Translations under genes and position numbers: made by a program
Assembly: GCA_964503265.1 (NCBI GenBank)
Contig: CAZCYO010000004.1
Location: 3,191 to 67,190, forward strand
DNA: 64,000 nucleotides
Source: an uncultured Gammaproteobacteria bacterium
Lineage (GTDB): Bacteria; Patescibacteriota; Microgenomatia; Levybacterales; UBA12049
Reading direction: 5' to 3'
The notes under the pieces: generated by a model
Told to the model about the DNA's origin: nothing
Databases searched by the model: none
The model's input: the letters and a program-made list of their open reading frames with translations, nothing else
Shown here: positions 1 to 9,488 of the stretch, piece by piece
Position numbering within the stretch: the stretch's first letter is position 1
Layout: the number at the start of each line of letters is the position of its first letter

Positions 1-474
1 ACGAACACTGGCTATTCACTTATGTTAACAAAGGATGCAGTTAACGGTGATTCATTTATTAAATTTGATGCTGATGTTATCTTTGAAAAAGAAATTCTCC
101 AAAAACTCGTTGATAGTGACTATGAAACTGCACTATGCCTTGATAAAAATATTAACTTAGAAGCAGAAGAAGTAAAAGCTATCGCAACTCCTGAAGGACG
201 AGTTCTTGAAGTCGGAAAGAAACTCGATCCAGCTAAATCAGCTGGTGAGTCTATCGGAATTGAGAAAATTGGAAAAGAAGCAGCAGCACTTCTTTATACA
301 GAACTAGAACGACTCATGACCGACACAGCAAACTGGAAAGAGTATTATGATGATTCATACACGACTCTTGTTAATCAAGGAGTTCCATTTGGAATTGTAG
401 ATATTACAGGACTAAAATGGGTTGAAATTGATACACACGAAGATTACGCAAAAGCAAAAGAAGTTTTTGCTTAA
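1..474 (+). CDS. Sugar-phosphate nucleotidyltransferase family protein, C-terminal part (5' end lies outside the window)
   Basis: The frame-1 ORF is open from base 1, with no upstream stop. The tail '...GESIGIEKIG...WVEIDTHEDYAKA' resembles LicC/GlmU-type NTP-transferase C-termini. Family assignment is from pattern memory only. Confidence 0.5.
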   Translation, partial: TNTGYSLMLTKDAVNGDSFIKFDADVIFEKEILQKLVDSDYETALCLDKNINLEAEEVKAIATPEGRVLEVGKKLDPAKSAGESIGIEKIGKEAAALLYTELERLMTDTANWKEYYDDSYTTLVNQGVPFGIVDITGLKWVEIDTHEDYAKAKEVFA

Positions 475-475
475 T

Positions 476-1687
476 TTATCCCCTTTTTAGTGCCGCTTCA
501 CGATACGTATCTGCGCTTTGTTTTATTTCATCATAGGTCTTTCCCGTTAACTCAAACTGTGCAATAACTGTTCCAAAATCACTCATATTTCTAATCTGCG
601 TATGTTCTGGACGTTTTATTGATAATTTACTTGGGCTTGTCGCCTGGTAATTAAAGATATCGCTACTATTTCCCTCGTACTGAGTAACGACATTAAATTG
701 TCCGCCAAATCCATCTGAAAGACCGACTTGTTTTGGCAGTATCCCTAAGCATAATTCAATTCCAGCTCTCGTGACGTCATAGTCAAATATATCTTTATAT
801 AAATATTCGAAACATGACGCAGCACGACAATTTACTTCGATAAGGGTATATCCGTCGTCCATCATCCAATACTCACTATTAAAAAAACAGTTATTTATAC
901 CAAGTGCTAACACGTCTCTCTTCGCTTGTTCTTTGAGATATGATGTTTTTTCATCACCTAGGCGTGTCGGCATGGAAAAGTTATCAATTAAGCGTGAGTT
1001 TGGATAAAAATTAGTGTCAGTGATAACAGTAAAACTCACCTCACCATTATGAACAAATCCTTCTATCGTAAGTTGTGGTGCATCGATATATTTTTCAATA
1101 ACCATAACATTCTGGAACGCTTCATGGTGCATATTTTCTGGCAAATATCTTGACATAAATGTATTAATTGCCATATTCATTTGAGGTAGTTCTTTTTTAA
1201 TCATAGGAAGAACGTTAATTAAATCTTTTTCACTGTGAATACCATATCCTAGTACTCCTGCGGCAGAATATGGAGCTTTTATATAAAATGGGTATTCTTT
1301 TCGTGATGGAACATCCTGTTCGATATGAAAGAGAGAATATCCTTCAGGGGCTGGTAGAAATTTTCGAGTGTAATATTTATGAAAACAGTGAAACGCTGCG
1401 ATAACACTTGGACCTGGAAAACCAAATTCTTCACATAAAACAGCACCAACCAGTGAACCTAAGTCGGTCGTAAAATAAACGCCATCAATGGCGTGTTCTT
1501 TGATGTAGACTCGTGCTTTTTCAGTATACGCTTCAATATCAAAATCAATTCTATTCGTTCTAGTATTAAAACTGTCTTTTGAAATACCAAAAAAATGAAT
1601 AGTTATATCAGGATAAGACTCTCGTATGACAAACTCAGATTCGTCATTATTACGCTGACTTCCAACATAAAGAATGTGTTTTCCCAT
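476..1687 (-). CDS. ATP-grasp domain protein (putative carboxylate-amine ligase)
   Basis: 403 aa. It has a pre-ATP-grasp N-terminus (MGKHILYVGS...) and a central/C-terminal region with ATP-grasp-like strands (YIDAPQLTIEGFV..., LIEVNCR). The exact substrate is unknown. Confidence 0.5.
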   Translation of the reverse strand: MGKHILYVGSQRNNDESEFVIRESYPDITIHFFGISKDSFNTRTNRIDFDIEAYTEKARVYIKEHAIDGVYFTTDLGSLVGAVLCEEFGFPGPSVIAAFHCFHKYYTRKFLPAPEGYSLFHIEQDVPSRKEYPFYIKAPYSAAGVLGYGIHSEKDLINVLPMIKKELPQMNMAINTFMSRYLPENMHHEAFQNVMVIEKYIDAPQLTIEGFVHNGEVSFTVITDTNFYPNSRLIDNFSMPTRLGDEKTSYLKEQAKRDVLALGINNCFFNSEYWMMDDGYTLIEVNCRAASCFEYLYKDIFDYDVTRAGIELCLGILPKQVGLSDGFGGQFNVVTQYEGNSSDIFNYQATSPSKLSIKRPEHTQIRNMSDFGTVIAQFELTGKTYDEIKQSADTYREAALKRG

Positions 1688-1692
1688 ACGGT

Positions 1693-2607
1693 TTATTCTA
1701 AGATAAGTTGATACTGAGGAATAGGGGTAAATTTAAATTGGTCTTTCCATCCTCGAGATCCTCGTCCTGCTTCAATAATATGTGCTTTTGCTGAGACTGC
1801 TGTAGTTATTTTTTCTAAGTTTAATAATTTACCTAAGTTGTTAATAGCTTTATTTGTCCCCGTATTCATGTTTCGATATCGCTTTTTATACGTTACACCA
1901 AATGAAACAGCTTCTTTTTTCCCATTAACTTTAATTGTTATCATTTCCGCTTTATATAAATTCATTAAATCACGATATTCCTGCGCACGGAAAGGCGCCA
2001 TGAAGCTTGAGTCTTTGCCGAAATTCTTTTTATTAATTTTAAAAAGTAATTCAATATCTTTATACTCATTTCTCACAACTTCAATGGTTTGGTTTTCTAG
2101 AAGAAAGCGGATTTGCTGACGAAGCTGTCTTTTACTTTTCCCTGTTAAATATTTTTCAATATATTCTTCATAATTCTTTAACCCTTTTATGTCCAAACAG
2201 TATTTTTCTTCATATGGTTCCATGTTCATAGTGGTATATGAATCTGAAAGCGCAATAAGCGATGATCGTCCAATAATTTGCTTAAAAAACATGTCAGCAT
2301 ATCCCGAAAATCCTTTTGCAAGAAACACTTTATTGTCTCCCATGACTACTCCCCCAAAGAATTCTACATGTTTTTTTTCAGTGTTATATTGGAGTGGAAG
2401 AAGCCCTACTGCCACCTCGTTATAATAACCGACGATAAAATGAAGTGGATAGTTATGATATTTATAGAAGATATACCTAAAGTCCCATTCATCATCAACA
2501 ACAATATGAGGAGAAAGAAGACGCCATATTTTTTCAGCTTCGCGCAAATCAGTAATTACAGAGAAAATTAATGGCTTCTTCATATTATAGGTCTTATTAT
2601 AACGCAA
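1693..2607 (-). CDS. FemAB-like/BioF2-like GNAT-fold acyltransferase (Acetyltransf_6-like)
   Basis: 304 aa. Size and composition resemble FemAB-family/CelD-like acetyltransferases. No catalytic motif could be verified by eye. Confidence 0.35.
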   Translation of the reverse strand: MRYNKTYNMKKPLIFSVITDLREAEKIWRLLSPHIVVDDEWDFRYIFYKYHNYPLHFIVGYYNEVAVGLLPLQYNTEKKHVEFFGGVVMGDNKVFLAKGFSGYADMFFKQIIGRSSLIALSDSYTTMNMEPYEEKYCLDIKGLKNYEEYIEKYLTGKSKRQLRQQIRFLLENQTIEVVRNEYKDIELLFKINKKNFGKDSSFMAPFRAQEYRDLMNLYKAEMITIKVNGKKEAVSFGVTYKKRYRNMNTGTNKAINNLGKLLNLEKITTAVSAKAHIIEAGRGSRGWKDQFKFTPIPQYQLILE

Positions 2608-2705
2608 TTTACTCGTTAAGTAAAGCTGCGATATAACTATCGGTTATGCTTTTTTTTGCTCGCTTATTACTATTTTTTGAGAGAAATATTTGAGGAAAGA
2701 GTGAA

Positions 2706-3461
2706 CTACTTTAGGATATTTAATCTTTCTGCAAAAGACTTGACTAATGATAGATACATCACCCCGTCAAACAGTCCCAGATGTAACTTCTTGAAGAATT
2801 CATACTCTACACTTCCTTGAGCATATGGTGTAATTCCCCGCCTAACAAGCGTTTTAACATTAATAGATTGTGCTTTTTCCTCACCGTACACTAATGCATA
2901 TATTGTTTTTGCCATATCTCCAATCACGGGTGGAATATGAACCTCAGAGGGAAAAAAAACCCTCTTCGTTTCTATCGAGATTTTACGCATAATTTGATGG
3001 ATTTCACCAACAGCACTACATCCAGCAATAATATCTGGGTTAACTTGAAGAACATCTGAACTATTAATAGTCCGCATTAAGCCTATTTTACGATATCCAG
3101 GATCAATCGCCACATATTTAGCGTACATGTACGTTGGTGTTTCCCCAGTAGAAAGCTGTAGTGTTCCACTTGTGTATTGACTAAATCCGACTATGGTTCC
3201 ATCGTTTGTTTTAACAAGTGATAAATATTTCGACTTGGATAATTCATCGGTAAATGTATCTCCATTATCTGTCCAATGAGGAAACGATGTGAGAGCAAGT
3301 TTGACGATATGTGGAATTGATGGTGCAGAAGGATGGGACAGGGCTTTTTTAAGCGTCTCTGGAAAATGAAAAAAATCCAGAAGAAAGTTTTGGCCATTTC
3401 TGGCTGTAATGCGTGAGGTCGTGAAGCTTACTTGCTCTGGAGGAGCAGTAGAGTCAACCAT
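2706..3461 (-). CDS. GNAT family N-acetyltransferase with C-terminal extension
   Basis: 'YVAIDPGYRKIGLMRTI' matches GNAT motif A (R/Q-x-x-G-x-G/A acetyl-CoA binding loop). Confidence 0.45.
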   Translation of the reverse strand: MVDSTAPPEQVSFTTSRITARNGQNFLLDFFHFPETLKKALSHPSAPSIPHIVKLALTSFPHWTDNGDTFTDELSKSKYLSLVKTNDGTIVGFSQYTSGTLQLSTGETPTYMYAKYVAIDPGYRKIGLMRTINSSDVLQVNPDIIAGCSAVGEIHQIMRKISIETKRVFFPSEVHIPPVIGDMAKTIYALVYGEEKAQSINVKTLVRRGITPYAQGSVEYEFFKKLHLGLFDGVMYLSLVKSFAERLNILK

Positions 3462-3485
3462 TGAATTTATTCTATCACACTTTTT

Positions 3486-4121
3486 TCACACATGCTCTCC
3501 ACGAAGAGAGAGAAACATACGTCGTCCAAGTGGAAGAAACTGAATATACGGAAGCGTCCCTAGTACGTTGAGAACACTTGCAATGAGGAAAAGGGTAGGA
3601 AATCCATACACCTTAGCAATGATTCCACCAAGCGTCGTAGCAGCCGCGATACAAATAAACGCTACGGCATCAGTGATACCCCACTCTGTCGCTTCACGAT
3701 GCTTATCCAAATGAGTTGCAAACAATGCACTTTTAGCTGGTGTAGCAATTCCAATTCCAAATCCAGAGATAACATAACACAGAATGACATCCATTACGCT
3801 TGTCGACAGCGCAAATCCTATATATGCAATACTTAAAAAAAGCATTCCAATAATAGCTATCTGAAATTTTTTCTTTTCTGAAGTATTAATCAAATACCTC
3901 GCAGAAATAAGCTCAAAGATAACTCGACTGATTAAATGGGTACTATACGCACTTGCTGCTGTTTCAATGCTTCCACCTCTTACTTGAGAGAGGATAAAAA
4001 TAGCAAGAATAGGGTTAAATAAATTCCACGATGACCAAAGAATCGTATCAGCGATTATATATGCCTTAATAACCGGATTCACACGAAAATTAGAAAGTTC
4101 CCGAACAAGTAACCGCTGCAT
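3486..4121 (-). CDS. Half-size MFS-like membrane protein (6 predicted TM helices)
   Basis: 211 aa and hydrophobic throughout. It resembles the C-terminal half of an MFS permease. Only about 50 nt separate it from the next gene, so no missing N-terminal half is evident. Confidence 0.4.
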   Translation of the reverse strand: MQRLLVRELSNFRVNPVIKAYIIADTILWSSWNLFNPILAIFILSQVRGGSIETAASAYSTHLISRVIFELISARYLINTSEKKKFQIAIIGMLFLSIAYIGFALSTSVMDVILCYVISGFGIGIATPAKSALFATHLDKHREATEWGITDAVAFICIAAATTLGGIIAKVYGFPTLFLIASVLNVLGTLPYIQFLPLGRRMFLSLRGEHV

Positions 4122-4170
4122 ACATTAAGCGTACAAAAAAATGAAGAAAAACACTAGGAGTGAATAAAAA

Positions 4171-4821
4171 TTATTCTCTTTCGCGAATCATAAAGAACTC
4201 AGTTCTAAGATGTTTAAAAGAGATAAGGAAATTTTCGATGTCCTTTTTTTGGCTTTTATGCTTGTGAACCGCTTCAAGTCGTCTTTCCCAGATACTTGAG
4301 ACATCAATCACCTCATGTATATCACTCTGAGTAGGGCCTTCAGGGAAATAAATAAAATAATCTTTCATGTGTGTAGTTTGGGAATCACATAACGTATAGT
4401 AATAGAGTCGTTGTGGAGTGCTCGTTTTACGAAATGCCTGGGTTGTAGCTGAAGCTACAGCGATATGATCTAAATGCCCTGACACCCCATTTAAATTAAA
4501 CGTCAGTAAGGTGTCCGGTTCAAATGCAGTAATCCGTTTAATAAACTCCCGCTCAAGAAGTAACATTTGTTCGTTACTAATCTTCCCGTCACTAAATCCT
4601 AAAAACTCCACATCAGTTACGCCAAGCACATTCGCTGCTTCTCTAAGTTCTTCTTCACGAATTGACCCTATTCCATCGAAGTCGCCTTTCGTCGCACAAA
4701 TGATATGTATTTCTGCTCCTTCACTTGCCCATTTCGCGATCGTTCCACCTGGCCCAAATGATTCATCATCAGGGTGCGCAAAAAATGCCAGTACTTTTTG
4801 AGGGGTATATGAATTTGTCAT
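4171..4821 (-). CDS. PIG-L/LmbE family N-acetylglucosaminyl deacetylase
   Basis: N-terminal 'FFAHPDDESFGPGGTIAKW' is the signature HPDDE zinc-binding motif of LmbE/PIG-L deacetylases (BshB/MshB family). Confidence 0.8.
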   Translation of the reverse strand: MTNSYTPQKVLAFFAHPDDESFGPGGTIAKWASEGAEIHIICATKGDFDGIGSIREEELREAANVLGVTDVEFLGFSDGKISNEQMLLLEREFIKRITAFEPDTLLTFNLNGVSGHLDHIAVASATTQAFRKTSTPQRLYYYTLCDSQTTHMKDYFIYFPEGPTQSDIHEVIDVSSIWERRLEAVHKHKSQKKDIENFLISFKHLRTEFFMIRERE

Positions 4822-4855
4822 AAGCGCAATTATACCAAACAGCTGAGGCTATGAT

Positions 4856-5653
4856 CTAACGAATATACTTTTTAATAAATGCGGTACTTTTTTCAGGATA
4901 TAATACACACCAATCATGATTTCCATCAACGACTTCTAAAATAGCATTAGGTAGCTTTTGTTTCATTTTCCTAGCACACATTAAAGGAAAGAGTTCATCT
5001 TTATCTCCCCATAATAACGTAACGGGAATATGAATATTTTCTAACTTTTCAAGATCAGCATATATACACGTATTCGCAATGCGCGCTAAATGAAATGCCT
5101 GCTTAAAATTCTCAAGTATCGTACTCACAGCGTTATTCATAAGGATAGCTTTTAACGTAAGTGACTTGGCATGTTTTAAATCATAATATGTTTTATTAAA
5201 GAAAAGTCGAAAAAGAAATGACCACGGTGAAAATGGTGGAACAATCCCTGCAGAACCAAATATAATTATCTGTTTTATTTCCGAACACTTCATCGCAAGA
5301 GCCAAGGCAGTCCCACCTCCTAATGAATGACCAATAACTATGACATTTGTTAGATTGAGATCTGAAATAAAGTGGCTAAAAAAATCCCCATATTCATGGA
5401 GTCCCCAAACAGTAGAAGGAACTGTAGCGTTACCAAAACCAGGCAATTCAGGCACATAAATATGATAATTTTTCGTGAGCAAAGCGATATTTTCTTCATA
5501 TACTCCTGAGCGGATTCCTCCAGGTAAAAAGAGAATTGTTTTCCCTTTTCCACCTTCCATGTATTCCACAGTAATAGCATTGTAGGTATATTTTTTGACT
5601 AATAATTTCATGGGGTTAAATAAGTTCTTTAATCTCTTTAAAATCTGATTCAA
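4856..5653 (-). CDS. Alpha/beta hydrolase fold protein
   Basis: Nucleophile elbow 'VIGHSLGGG' (G-H-S-x-G) and a typical length of about 250 aa. The start may be the downstream Met (MKLLVKK), which would avoid overlap with the UDG gene. Confidence 0.7.
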   Translation of the reverse strand: MNQILKRLKNLFNPMKLLVKKYTYNAITVEYMEGGKGKTILFLPGGIRSGVYEENIALLTKNYHIYVPELPGFGNATVPSTVWGLHEYGDFFSHFISDLNLTNVIVIGHSLGGGTALALAMKCSEIKQIIIFGSAGIVPPFSPWSFLFRLFFNKTYYDLKHAKSLTLKAILMNNAVSTILENFKQAFHLARIANTCIYADLEKLENIHIPVTLLWGDKDELFPLMCARKMKQKLPNAILEVVDGNHDWCVLYPEKSTAFIKKYIR

Positions 5654-6164
5654 GGGGAATTTTATTTTTCTGGAATCTTATTGCTGCTGCTGGATGAAGT
5701 GTTAAGAAATACGTCTTTCCGTCTTTTTTTGTAATTCTCCCATGATCTTTTTGTACAAATACTTTTTCCTCGAGTACTCCTTCTGCTGCAACTCTTCCAA
5801 GTAATACAATAATTTTAGGCTGGATAACGTCCAACTGCTTCATCAAGTGTATTCTTCCATGAGCGATATCTGAAGGCTTGGGCGTGATATACACAGGCAA
5901 GTACTTCACGGGGCTTGTGATGTAGACATCTTTCATATCATCAAGACCAATACTTTGGATGAGCGAACGAAGTAGTTTTCCAGAACGACCGATAAATGGA
6001 CGACCACTTTCTGCTTCAAGACGCCCTGGTGCTTCTCCGATAAATACAATGTCCGCATCTGGATTTCCTTCTCCAGGAACGGCCACTCCTACTTTATCTT
6101 TTTTACAAATCTCACATTGTTGTATCTGGTCAGCTATCTTATCTAATTGTTGTTTTTTAGTCAT
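5616..6164 (-). CDS. Uracil-DNA glycosylase, family 4 (UdgA-type)
   Basis: 'GEGNPDADIVFIGEAPGRLEAESGRPFIGRSGKLL' matches the family-4 UDG motif (GEGPG...GE[AQ]PG...G.PF.G..G..L). A C-terminal 'HPAA' is also typical. Confidence 0.85.
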   Translation of the reverse strand: MTKKQQLDKIADQIQQCEICKKDKVGVAVPGEGNPDADIVFIGEAPGRLEAESGRPFIGRSGKLLRSLIQSIGLDDMKDVYITSPVKYLPVYITPKPSDIAHGRIHLMKQLDVIQPKIIVLLGRVAAEGVLEEKVFVQKDHGRITKKDGKTYFLTLHPAAAIRFQKNKIPLESDFKEIKELI

Positions 6165-6213
6165 GGAACTATTCTAACACGAAGTTCATTTGAAAAAGAC
6201 GAAGTATCACATA

Positions 6214-7101
6214 TCACTTTTGAGGAGGAGTCTCAGATCCCGGCCAAACACAAATGAGGCGTTCATCAGGTTGAACGGGCTTTTTACGGTCATATCCTGA
6301 AAAAATTGCTGAAGCGATCAAATCTCCATCTTTCTTCTTTAAGTTCCATTGAAACCACCCTATTTCTTTATCATAAAAGAACTCTTCTTTTTGATCACCA
6401 TCTGGTGCATAGACTAGTTTAATAACATCACTACGCATTCCTAACGGTCCTTCTGTATCATATGTCTGATAATATTCTTCAAGCGTTATTGTATAGCCAA
6501 ATGGCTCCCGACTTTTAGGTTTACACCCAGGACCAAATCTCTCAAGCATATTATCTTTCGGGTGTACACGAAACGATTCGCCTAATGTCATCGTCGGCTT
6601 CATCCAGAGACCATTAGTAAAATTATACGGACCATTCGGGTCACTATTATCGTGATGAAGCCGAATATTCCCGTCTTTATCTACTTCATGTTGCTCAAAC
6701 GACCGTTTATCACCAAATTTCACCGTAAATACCCTCTTCCTGTCTGGTTGAATTGTCTGACTCAAGCGATGTGTTCCAGTAAGACCGACATGCGGATTAT
6801 CAGTCGTTAGATAGTCCCACATGTCAAATATCTGAGCTTCGTTTTCCTGTTCAGATTCAGGAGATGCATCTCTCCCCAAAACAGTTTGGAGTAATGGATT
6901 TCCAAGTGCAGTATCGATAACAGCTGGACCAATTATAAGAGCCGCCATTTCTATTGCTTCTCTTCTGGTAAATGCTGTTTCTATAATTGGCTGCAAGGTA
7001 TCTTGGGTAAAAGCAGTTCGCGCAGTGTGAGCTAGTCTACCTAATGAACGTCCTATATCACGCCTGTAAAATGTTCTTTCCATAGGTAGCTTATAAAGCA
7101 A
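6214..7101 (-). CDS. Hypothetical protein
   Basis: 295-aa ORF with protein-like composition. No recognisable motif. Confidence 0.4.
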   Translation of the reverse strand: MLYKLPMERTFYRRDIGRSLGRLAHTARTAFTQDTLQPIIETAFTRREAIEMAALIIGPAVIDTALGNPLLQTVLGRDASPESEQENEAQIFDMWDYLTTDNPHVGLTGTHRLSQTIQPDRKRVFTVKFGDKRSFEQHEVDKDGNIRLHHDNSDPNGPYNFTNGLWMKPTMTLGESFRVHPKDNMLERFGPGCKPKSREPFGYTITLEEYYQTYDTEGPLGMRSDVIKLVYAPDGDQKEEFFYDKEIGWFQWNLKKKDGDLIASAIFSGYDRKKPVQPDERLICVWPGSETPPQK

Positions 7102-7113
7102 AAAATAGAGAAA

Positions 7114-7656
7114 TTAGGTGAAGGTAGGTTTCGTTTTTTCAATAACCTGGTAAAGCACAATTCCGAGTGACACCATGACATTTAGTGAAATGTTTACGCC
7201 ATGCATCGGGAGTTCTACTACTGCGTCACATTTTTCAAGTGTATCCTTCCCTACTCCATCGGTTTCGTGCCCGACGACGAGTGCTGTGGGAAGGGTGAAA
7301 TCGAATGTGTCATATGGAACACTGTTATCAGTTAACTCGACAGCCACGACTTGGACTTCTGGAACTTCTTTTCTAAGCGATTCAATCGCATCCGTCGCTT
7401 TTTCAAAATATTCCCATGTAACCCATTCGGTCGTATTGATTGAAGCTTTTTTAATTCTGTGGTTTGGGGGTGTTTCTGCACCTGCACATAGATATACTTT
7501 CGAGGCTGCGACAGCATCAGCGAGACGGAAAATCGCTCCAATATTATAGGTATCAAGTACATTATCCACGATAATATAGAGTGGATTTTTTTTGATTTTT
7601 TTGAGTTCTTCATCTGTCGGATCACTCAGACGAAGTTTTTTGGCATCAAGTTTCAT
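7114..7656 (-). CDS. SpoU/TrmH family RNA 2'-O-methyltransferase
   Basis: 'NIGAIFRLADAVAASKV' (SPOUT motif 1, N-x-G-x-x-x-R) and a C-terminal 'VELPMHGVNISLNV' knot motif. Confidence 0.8.
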   Translation of the reverse strand: MKLDAKKLRLSDPTDEELKKIKKNPLYIIVDNVLDTYNIGAIFRLADAVAASKVYLCAGAETPPNHRIKKASINTTEWVTWEYFEKATDAIESLRKEVPEVQVVAVELTDNSVPYDTFDFTLPTALVVGHETDGVGKDTLEKCDAVVELPMHGVNISLNVMVSLGIVLYQVIEKTKPTFT

Positions 7657-7690
7657 GTGGATATTATACTACGAAGTAAAAAGACGTGTG

Positions 7691-8779
7691 TTACTCTTTT
7701 CTGCTACCATGCCCACTATCATTACTACTATCTTCTTGAGATCCTGAATTTTCATTTTTTTCAGCATCTGATTCATTTGCTTGTTTTTGAGTTGGTGTCG
7801 GCGTGGTGAGAGATTTCATGGCGTTTTCATGCTCAAGTTCTTGTCTTGCTTGCTGTGCTTTTCGGAATTTCTCGGCAGCTTGTTGGGCGGCTTTAACTGT
7901 CGCTCTTGCAGCTGACGCTTCATCTTCACTTACTTTTATCTTCTTTGCCGTATTTGTTTTTTCTGTTTCAAGTTCTGTCTTTTTTTCTTTCGTTAACAGT
8001 TCATTTTTCTGATCAATCGCTTTTCTGAGTGCCTCTTCACGAGATGTTTGGTTTTTCGTCGCAGCCTCACTTGCAAGTTTACTTAACACATCAATTGCTC
8101 GCTCAAGTCCGACCGCGCTATGTGAAGCATCATTTACATGATTTTCGATCTCACGATTAATATCATTTTCCAGTTCCGAAGCCATCATATCTCCTGGAAG
8201 TGATGCATCAACACCTAATTTCGCGTCTTTTAGCGCTTCCTGAACGACATTCACCCGTGCTTTGAGTAGTTCTCCACCTTGGCTTTCAAGTATATCGAGG
8301 GATTCTTGTTTTTCTTTAATCGACCTATTAATCGTCTCTGCAGTTTTACTCGTATCTTTACCCTGTAACCTTGCGTCTTCCAAATCATTTGCAGCATTTT
8401 GTAAATTCGTTCCTATGCCTTCAAGTGCTTTCACTGCTCCATCCTGGTTATTTTTTGCTAGCATAACACGAAGCTCAGCTAATCGCTCTCCTGCGACATC
8501 TGCATGAACTTTTGCTTTATTTTCAGGACTAAACGCGAGGAAAAGACGCGCTTGTTGTTTGAGATTATCTAAAAAATAAAATGGACTATCTGGGAGGATC
8601 AATCCTGGCCCTTCAACTGTCGGTGGTACAGAAAGATCAGCTGTCGAGGCACCAAGAACACCATGTGTCGCAGCAAAACTTGCAGTGGACGAACTAAGTA
8701 AGATAGTTACACCGAGAAACGAGGAAAGAATATATCTTTTCATAGCTATATTGTGAACCTTTTTCGTTTTGCATGTCAA
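7691..8779 (-). CDS. Secreted coiled-coil protein (DUF5667-like) with Ser/Glu-rich low-complexity C-terminus
   Basis: Signal peptide from the internal Met 'MKRYILSSFLGVTILLSSSTASFA' (likely true start near 8743). A long helical region with 'PDSPFYFLD' resembles CPR DUF5667 proteins. DUF assignment is from memory. Confidence 0.5.
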   Translation of the reverse strand: MTCKTKKVHNIAMKRYILSSFLGVTILLSSSTASFAATHGVLGASTADLSVPPTVEGPGLILPDSPFYFLDNLKQQARLFLAFSPENKAKVHADVAGERLAELRVMLAKNNQDGAVKALEGIGTNLQNAANDLEDARLQGKDTSKTAETINRSIKEKQESLDILESQGGELLKARVNVVQEALKDAKLGVDASLPGDMMASELENDINREIENHVNDASHSAVGLERAIDVLSKLASEAATKNQTSREEALRKAIDQKNELLTKEKKTELETEKTNTAKKIKVSEDEASAARATVKAAQQAAEKFRKAQQARQELEHENAMKSLTTPTPTQKQANESDAEKNENSGSQEDSSNDSGHGSRKE

Positions 8780-8889
8780 GCCGGAGAAAGATACAAAGCT
8801 TCATAGTTTCAAAGTACAAAGAATGAAAAGAAATACAGTGAAACTCTGCATCTTTGCAGCTCTGAAACTCTCTATGCTACTATTACTCT

Positions 8890-9339
8890 ATGACTGGAAC
8901 TGGACATGCTGTCATCGGCACAGTAATCGCGGCTAAAATTGGCAACCCCTTCCTCGCACTCCCTATCGCGTTTCTTTCACACTATGCTGCAGATGCATTT
9001 CCGCACTGGGATACTGGAACGAATAAAGCTCATAAATCGCGCACTGCTATATGGATTCAGTCACTTATTGATGTCGCAATTAGTCTTATCCTTCCGTATT
9101 TTCTTATACAGTTTTTACAGCCAGGAACGAACTTATTCTATCTTTACCTCATAGTAATAACTGCTCAACTTCCAGACTGGGGAACAGCACCATATTTCTT
9201 CTTAAAAATTACCAAGGCACCATTTACCTGGTTTTATAAATCACAGCTTCCTTTTGATAACCGCCTTGATCAACCATGGGGAGTTATTTTACAGGTAGCC
9301 ATACTGGTACTACTTGTTGGAGTTGCTAAACTATATTAA
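8890..9339 (+). CDS. Hypothetical integral membrane protein
   Basis: 149 aa with 4-5 hydrophobic segments. No family recognised. Confidence 0.45.
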   Translation: MTGTGHAVIGTVIAAKIGNPFLALPIAFLSHYAADAFPHWDTGTNKAHKSRTAIWIQSLIDVAISLILPYFLIQFLQPGTNLFYLYLIVITAQLPDWGTAPYFFLKITKAPFTWFYKSQLPFDNRLDQPWGVILQVAILVLLVGVAKLY

Positions 9340-9341
9340 GA

Positions 9342-9464
9342 ATGATATCTAAATCCTTTACTACAGTCACTAGATTTTCGAAAACCTTAGCATTAATTTT
9401 GTTTATTATCTTGCCAATTCTAGGATTCTTCCTTGGGATGTACTATCAAAGTTCCTTACAATAA
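9342..9464 (+). CDS. Small hydrophobic peptide (40 aa), possibly translationally coupled to the upstream gene
   Basis: ATG lies 2 nt after the upstream stop. 'MISKSFTTVTRFSKTLALILFIILPILGFFLGMYYQSSLQ' is a single TM helix. It is not in the ORF track because it is under 60 aa. Confidence 0.25.
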   Translation: MISKSFTTVTRFSKTLALILFIILPILGFFLGMYYQSSLQ

Positions 9465-9488
9465 ATCGTTTGTGAGGTGCTTTACTAT

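Noticed and set aside
1838-2571. Plus-strand ORFs antisense to the FemAB-like gene (1838-2119, 2189-2425, 2278-2571), and similar antisense ORFs within topA, mrdA, the RND pump and others
   Set aside because: They are fully embedded antisense in long ORFs that carry clear conserved motifs. They are short and hydrophobic or low-complexity, typical of AT-rich antisense frames.
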